64,000 nt of DNA from an uncultured Methanosarcinaceae archaeon (lineage in GTDB: Archaea; Halobacteriota; Methanosarcinia; Methanosarcinales; Methanosarcinaceae). The stretch covers positions 391,194 through 455,193 of the forward strand of contig CAWHXP010000002.1 of the NCBI GenBank assembly GCA_963833425.1. Reading direction: 5' to 3'. The translations under genes were made by a program, and so were the position numbers. How positions within the stretch are numbered: the stretch's first letter is position 1; each line of letters opens with the position of its first letter. A model generated the notes under the pieces. That model saw only the letters and a program-made list of their open reading frames with translations. It made no database searches and was not told where the DNA came from. Positions 59,480 through 64,000 of this stretch are shown one piece after another.

Positions 59480-60493
59480 ATGGCAAGCATACACCGACCA
59501 AAACGAGGTTCACTCGCATTCAGTCCACGAAAAAGGGCAAAAGGCCACATTCCACGGTTCAGGGCCTGGCCGGAGGCTATAGGTGAACCAAGGCTACAAA
59601 GTTTTGCAGGGTACAAGGTTGGAATGACACACGTAATCATGGTTGATGACACAAAGAACAGCCTTACACAGGGCATGGAGATTTCCGCACCCGTGACTGT
59701 AATTGAAACTCCCGCAATCAGGGTTGCAGCCATCAGGGCGTATATAGAAGATAGTGTAGGAGAGAGGGCAATCGCTGAAGTGTGGGCAGCAGATCTTGAT
59801 CCTGAACTCAAGCGTAGGATCCATATCCCAAAAGCTGAAAATTTGGTTGAAACCCTTGAAACTATTGAGAAAATGATTGAAGAAGGTAAGGTAAGCGATA
59901 TCAGAGCTATTACATATACTCTGCCAAAGAGCCTTACAGGCATTCCTAAAAAAGTGCCCGATATTATGGAATCCGGAATCAGCGCAAGGGATCTCAATAC
60001 TAAATTCGAGTATACAAAGTCAATTCTAGGCACCCTCGTAAGAATTACCGATGTTTTCAAAACTGGAATATTGGTTGATACAGCCGCGATTACTATCGGA
60101 AAAGGTACCCAGGGTCCTGTCAAACGTTGGGGTATCCAGCTGATGAAGGGCAAGCACTCAAGACAGGGTAGCCTGAGACAGATAGGTACTCTTGGTCCAT
60201 GGCATCCGGCCCACGTTTCCTGGAGAGTCCCGCAGATGGGTCAGATGGGATATCACCAAAGGACCGAATTCAACAAACGCATCCTTAAGATCGGATCCAA
60301 TGCATCAGAAGTCACTCCAGATGGCGGTTTCCTTAACTACGGTCTTCTACGAGGAGATTATGTGTTGATCAAAGGTAGTGTTCCTGGATCTTCCAAGAGA
60401 CTTATCAGACTCAGGGATCCAATTAGGGCAAAGAAAGTTGACCTTGGAGAACCAAATATCGTCCATATAAGCAGGGAATCAAAACAAGGGTGA
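59480..60493 (+). CDS. rpl3: 50S ribosomal protein L3
   Basis: [33 protein letters not shown]. Confidence 0.99.
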   Translation: MASIHRPKRGSLAFSPRKRAKGHIPRFRAWPEAIGEPRLQSFAGYKVGMTHVIMVDDTKNSLTQGMEISAPVTVIETPAIRVAAIRAYIEDSVGERAIAEVWAADLDPELKRRIHIPKAENLVETLETIEKMIEEGKVSDIRAITYTLPKSLTGIPKKVPDIMESGISARDLNTKFEYTKSILGTLVRITDVFKTGILVDTAAITIGKGTQGPVKRWGIQLMKGKHSRQGSLRQIGTLGPWHPAHVSWRVPQMGQMGYHQRTEFNKRILKIGSNASEVTPDGGFLNYGLLRGDYVLIKGSVPGSSKRLIRLRDPIRAKKVDLGEPNIVHISRESKQG

Positions 60494-60499
60494 AGTAAA

Positions 60500-61261
60500 A
60501 TGACTAAGGCAAAAACTATAGATCTTACAGGAAGGGTTATCAGGGAAATTAAACTCCCATCCGTGTTTGATACGGACTATCGCCCTGACTTGATCAAAAA
60601 GGCAGTGCTTGCAGCACAAGCAAATAGGCTTCAACCCTATGGTCCCCGTCTCTATGCAGGGATGGAAACTTCTGCAAGGTCCTGGGGTTCTGGAAGAGGC
60701 GTTGCTCAGATTCCAAGACTTATAAACAGCAGCAGAGCTGCAAGAGTCCCACACGCTAAAGGCGGAAGAAGAGCCCACCCGCCAAAACCCCAAACTGACA
60801 GGAGAGAGAAGGTAAGCACCAAGGAACGCCGCTATGCAATCCGCTCAGCAATCGCAGCAACTCGGGATCCTACTCTTGTAAGCCTGAGGGGCCATATCTT
60901 TGAAGCTGAGCTCCCTATTGTTGCTGAAAAAACGTTTGAAGATTTGGACAAAACAAAGCAGGTAATAGACTTCCTGCAAGTTGTCGGGGTCTACGAAGAC
61001 GTCATGAGGGCAAAATATGGAAGACATATCAGAGCTGGTCGCGGGAAGCTCAGAGGCAGGAAATACAAACATAAAAAAAGCATCCTGATTGTTGCAGGGG
61101 AAGATTCTCCTATCCTGAAGGCTGCAAGAAACTTGTCTGGGGTAGACGTTACAACAGTAAATTTACTGAATGCCGAACTTCTCGCACCTGGCACTCATGC
61201 AGGACGCCTTACTATCTGGACAGAATCTGCAATTGAGAAACTGGAGGTTGTATTCGAATGA
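60500..61261 (+). CDS. rpl4: 50S ribosomal protein L4
   Basis: [28 protein letters not shown]. Confidence 0.99.
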   Translation: MTKAKTIDLTGRVIREIKLPSVFDTDYRPDLIKKAVLAAQANRLQPYGPRLYAGMETSARSWGSGRGVAQIPRLINSSRAARVPHAKGGRRAHPPKPQTDRREKVSTKERRYAIRSAIAATRDPTLVSLRGHIFEAELPIVAEKTFEDLDKTKQVIDFLQVVGVYEDVMRAKYGRHIRAGRGKLRGRKYKHKKSILIVAGEDSPILKAARNLSGVDVTTVNLLNAELLAPGTHAGRLTIWTESAIEKLEVVFE

Positions 61262-61506
61262 GTTTCATTGACTATCCTTTTGTTACTGAAAAAGCGATGA
61301 TGTTGCTTGATGAAAACAAGCTCCAGTTTGTCGTTAACACTAGGTCAAACAAAAAGCAGATCGTAGAGGATGTTGAAAAGCTGTATGGATTTAAGGTAAA
61401 GTCCGTACGGACAATGACCACCATGAAGGGAACGAAAAAAGCAATCTTGGCATTCGAAAAGCCTGAGTCTGCACACGAGATTGCAACTCGGATAGGACTC
61501 GTGTGA
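61258..61506 (+). CDS. rpl23: 50S ribosomal protein L23
   Basis: [16 protein letters not shown]. Confidence 0.98.
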   Translation: MSFIDYPFVTEKAMMLLDENKLQFVVNTRSNKKQIVEDVEKLYGFKVKSVRTMTTMKGTKKAILAFEKPESAHEIATRIGLV

Positions 61507-61513
61507 GGTGTGA

Positions 61514-62233
<720 letters not shown>

Positions 62234-62236
62234 TGA

Positions 62237-62659
<423 letters not shown>

Positions 62660-62670
62660 GGTGAAAGGGA

Positions 62671-63126
62671 ATGGCGAGAATCGATTATTCAGTCAAGGGA
62701 GACCCTGAAATAACCTCTAAGGCAATGGGTTCAGAATTGCACATTTCATCTAAAAAATCTCGAGAGGTTTGTTGTAAAATAAAGGGCATGAAGATCGCTG
62801 AAGCAAGGACGTTTTTAGAGGATGTAATTGCTTTGAAACAGGCAGTACCTTTCAAAAGACATCACGATGGAACAGGACACCGAAAAGGTCCCATGGCTGC
62901 CGGCAGGTACCCGGTCAATGCTTCAAAGGAAATTCTCAAGGTTCTAAAAAATGCAGAAAGCAATGCCGAGTACAAAGGCCTTGAACCCGCAAACATGTAT
63001 ATCATCCATGTTGCAACTCAGCGAGGAAGGGTAATTCATGGATTTATGCCAAGGGCCAGAGGACGGGCTACCCCAAAAGATACCGAAACCGTAAATATCG
63101 AGATGATCCTTTCTGAGGTGCGCTAA
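62671..63126 (+). CDS. rpl22: 50S ribosomal protein L22
   Basis: [22 protein letters not shown]. Confidence 0.99.
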   Translation: MARIDYSVKGDPEITSKAMGSELHISSKKSREVCCKIKGMKIAEARTFLEDVIALKQAVPFKRHHDGTGHRKGPMAAGRYPVNASKEILKVLKNAESNAEYKGLEPANMYIIHVATQRGRVIHGFMPRARGRATPKDTETVNIEMILSEVR

Positions 63127-64000
63127 TGGCAATAGAAAAAAAATTCGTTAATGATGGGTATGTCAAAGCCTCCATGGGCGAGTATTTTGCAGAGCAGCTG
63201 AACCGAGCTGGATATGGTGGTATGGAGCTTAACAGGACCCCAATGGGCACTCAGATTATTATTTATTCCGAAAAACCGGGAATGGTGATCGGGAAAGCTG
63301 GGAAGGTTATTCGAAAACTTACTCGGGATGTTGCAATCAAATACAATCTTGAAAACCCGCAGATTGATGCCCAAGAAGTCAAGAGACCTGAACTTAACGC
63401 CCAGATGATGGCTTCAAGACTTGCAGCTTCAATTGAGAGAGGGTGGTACTTCAGAAAAGCCGGTCACAACACTCTTCGTGCAGTCATGAATGCAGGAGCT
63501 CTCGGATGTGAAGTCGTAATATCAGGAAAGCTTACAGGTGCCAGGTCAAGAGTTGAAAAATTCATTAATGGATACATAAAGCACTCCGGAAATCCTGTTG
63601 AAGAGGTAGTAGACGAAGGATTTGCGGTAGCAATCAAAAAGCTCGGCACCCTTGGCTGCAAAGTCCGGATCATTCAGCCAGGTGTTGTCCTTCCTGATTC
63701 ATACAGGATTAAGGAGTTAAACGAAATTGTCGCTGAGCAGCCATCCGAAAAACCGGCTGAGAAACCCACTGAGGCTCCTAAAAAGGAACGCACGGCAAAA
63801 TCCAAAGCTCCTGCAGAACCCGAAAAAGCAGTAGAAAAAGTAATAGAGGAAATTGAAGTTGCAGAGCTTGAAGAAGCTGAAGAAAAACCCCAGACTGAGG
63901 TGTCTGAAGACTTTGAAGAAGTTGAACTTATCTATGTAGAGGGCTCGGAAGAAGTCCGCAGACAAGTCAATGGCGTCTGGCAGCATAAGCATGAAAGCTA
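63126..64000 (+). CDS. rps3: 30S ribosomal protein S3 (runs off the window; acidic C-terminal tail)
   Basis: [33 protein letters not shown]. Confidence 0.98.
   Translation, partial: MAIEKKFVNDGYVKASMGEYFAEQLNRAGYGGMELNRTPMGTQIIIYSEKPGMVIGKAGKVIRKLTRDVAIKYNLENPQIDAQEVKRPELNAQMMASRLAASIERGWYFRKAGHNTLRAVMNAGALGCEVVISGKLTGARSRVEKFINGYIKHSGNPVEEVVDEGFAVAIKKLGTLGCKVRIIQPGVVLPDSYRIKELNEIVAEQPSEKPAEKPTEAPKKERTAKSKAPAEPEKAVEKVIEEIEVAELEEAEEKPQTEVSEDFEEVELIYVEGSEEVRRQVNGVWQHKHES

Noticed and set aside
59302..60153. 283-aa minus-strand ORF and other antisense ORFs over carB, argG, his and r-protein genes
   Set aside because: Shadow frames of well-supported genes with no recognisable motifs.

Overview
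Archaeal chromosome segment, most likely Methanosarcina or a close relative (inferred from archaeal r-proteins, type II MetAP, archaeal SAM synthetase, class III pilins and the acyl-CoA synthetase sequence). Housekeeping genes are intact: argG, carAB, mdh, map, an Xaa-Pro peptidase, hisGAB, mat and rpl3-rpl4-rpl23-rpl2-rps19-rpl22-rps3. Most accessory genes are frameshifted, stopped or truncated: P-type ATPase, YqhA, kelch protein, CHAT-nSTAND-WD40, pentapeptide protein, beta-CASP nuclease, DUF2148, 5'-nucleotidase, S16 and S53 proteases, MT-A70 and TraB. The gaps hold dead IS200/IS605, IS5 and IS6 elements and a dispersed ~91-bp inverted-repeat element. This looks like a genome in active erosion. 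Main candidates for follow-up: (1) a family of small secreted peptides with a constant leader and variable core, two still intact in a duplicated cassette; (2) a ~640-nt structured leader with a tandem motif before the rpl3 operon; (3) a decayed CHAT protease-nSTAND NTPase-WD40 (NLR-like) gene with a caspase-like remnant upstream; (4) the 91-bp MITE-like family; (5) an IS605 derivative that lost tnpB but kept its right-end RNA region. Pseudogene and IS boundaries were read by eye and are approximate. Homology calls come from motif recognition, not database searches.
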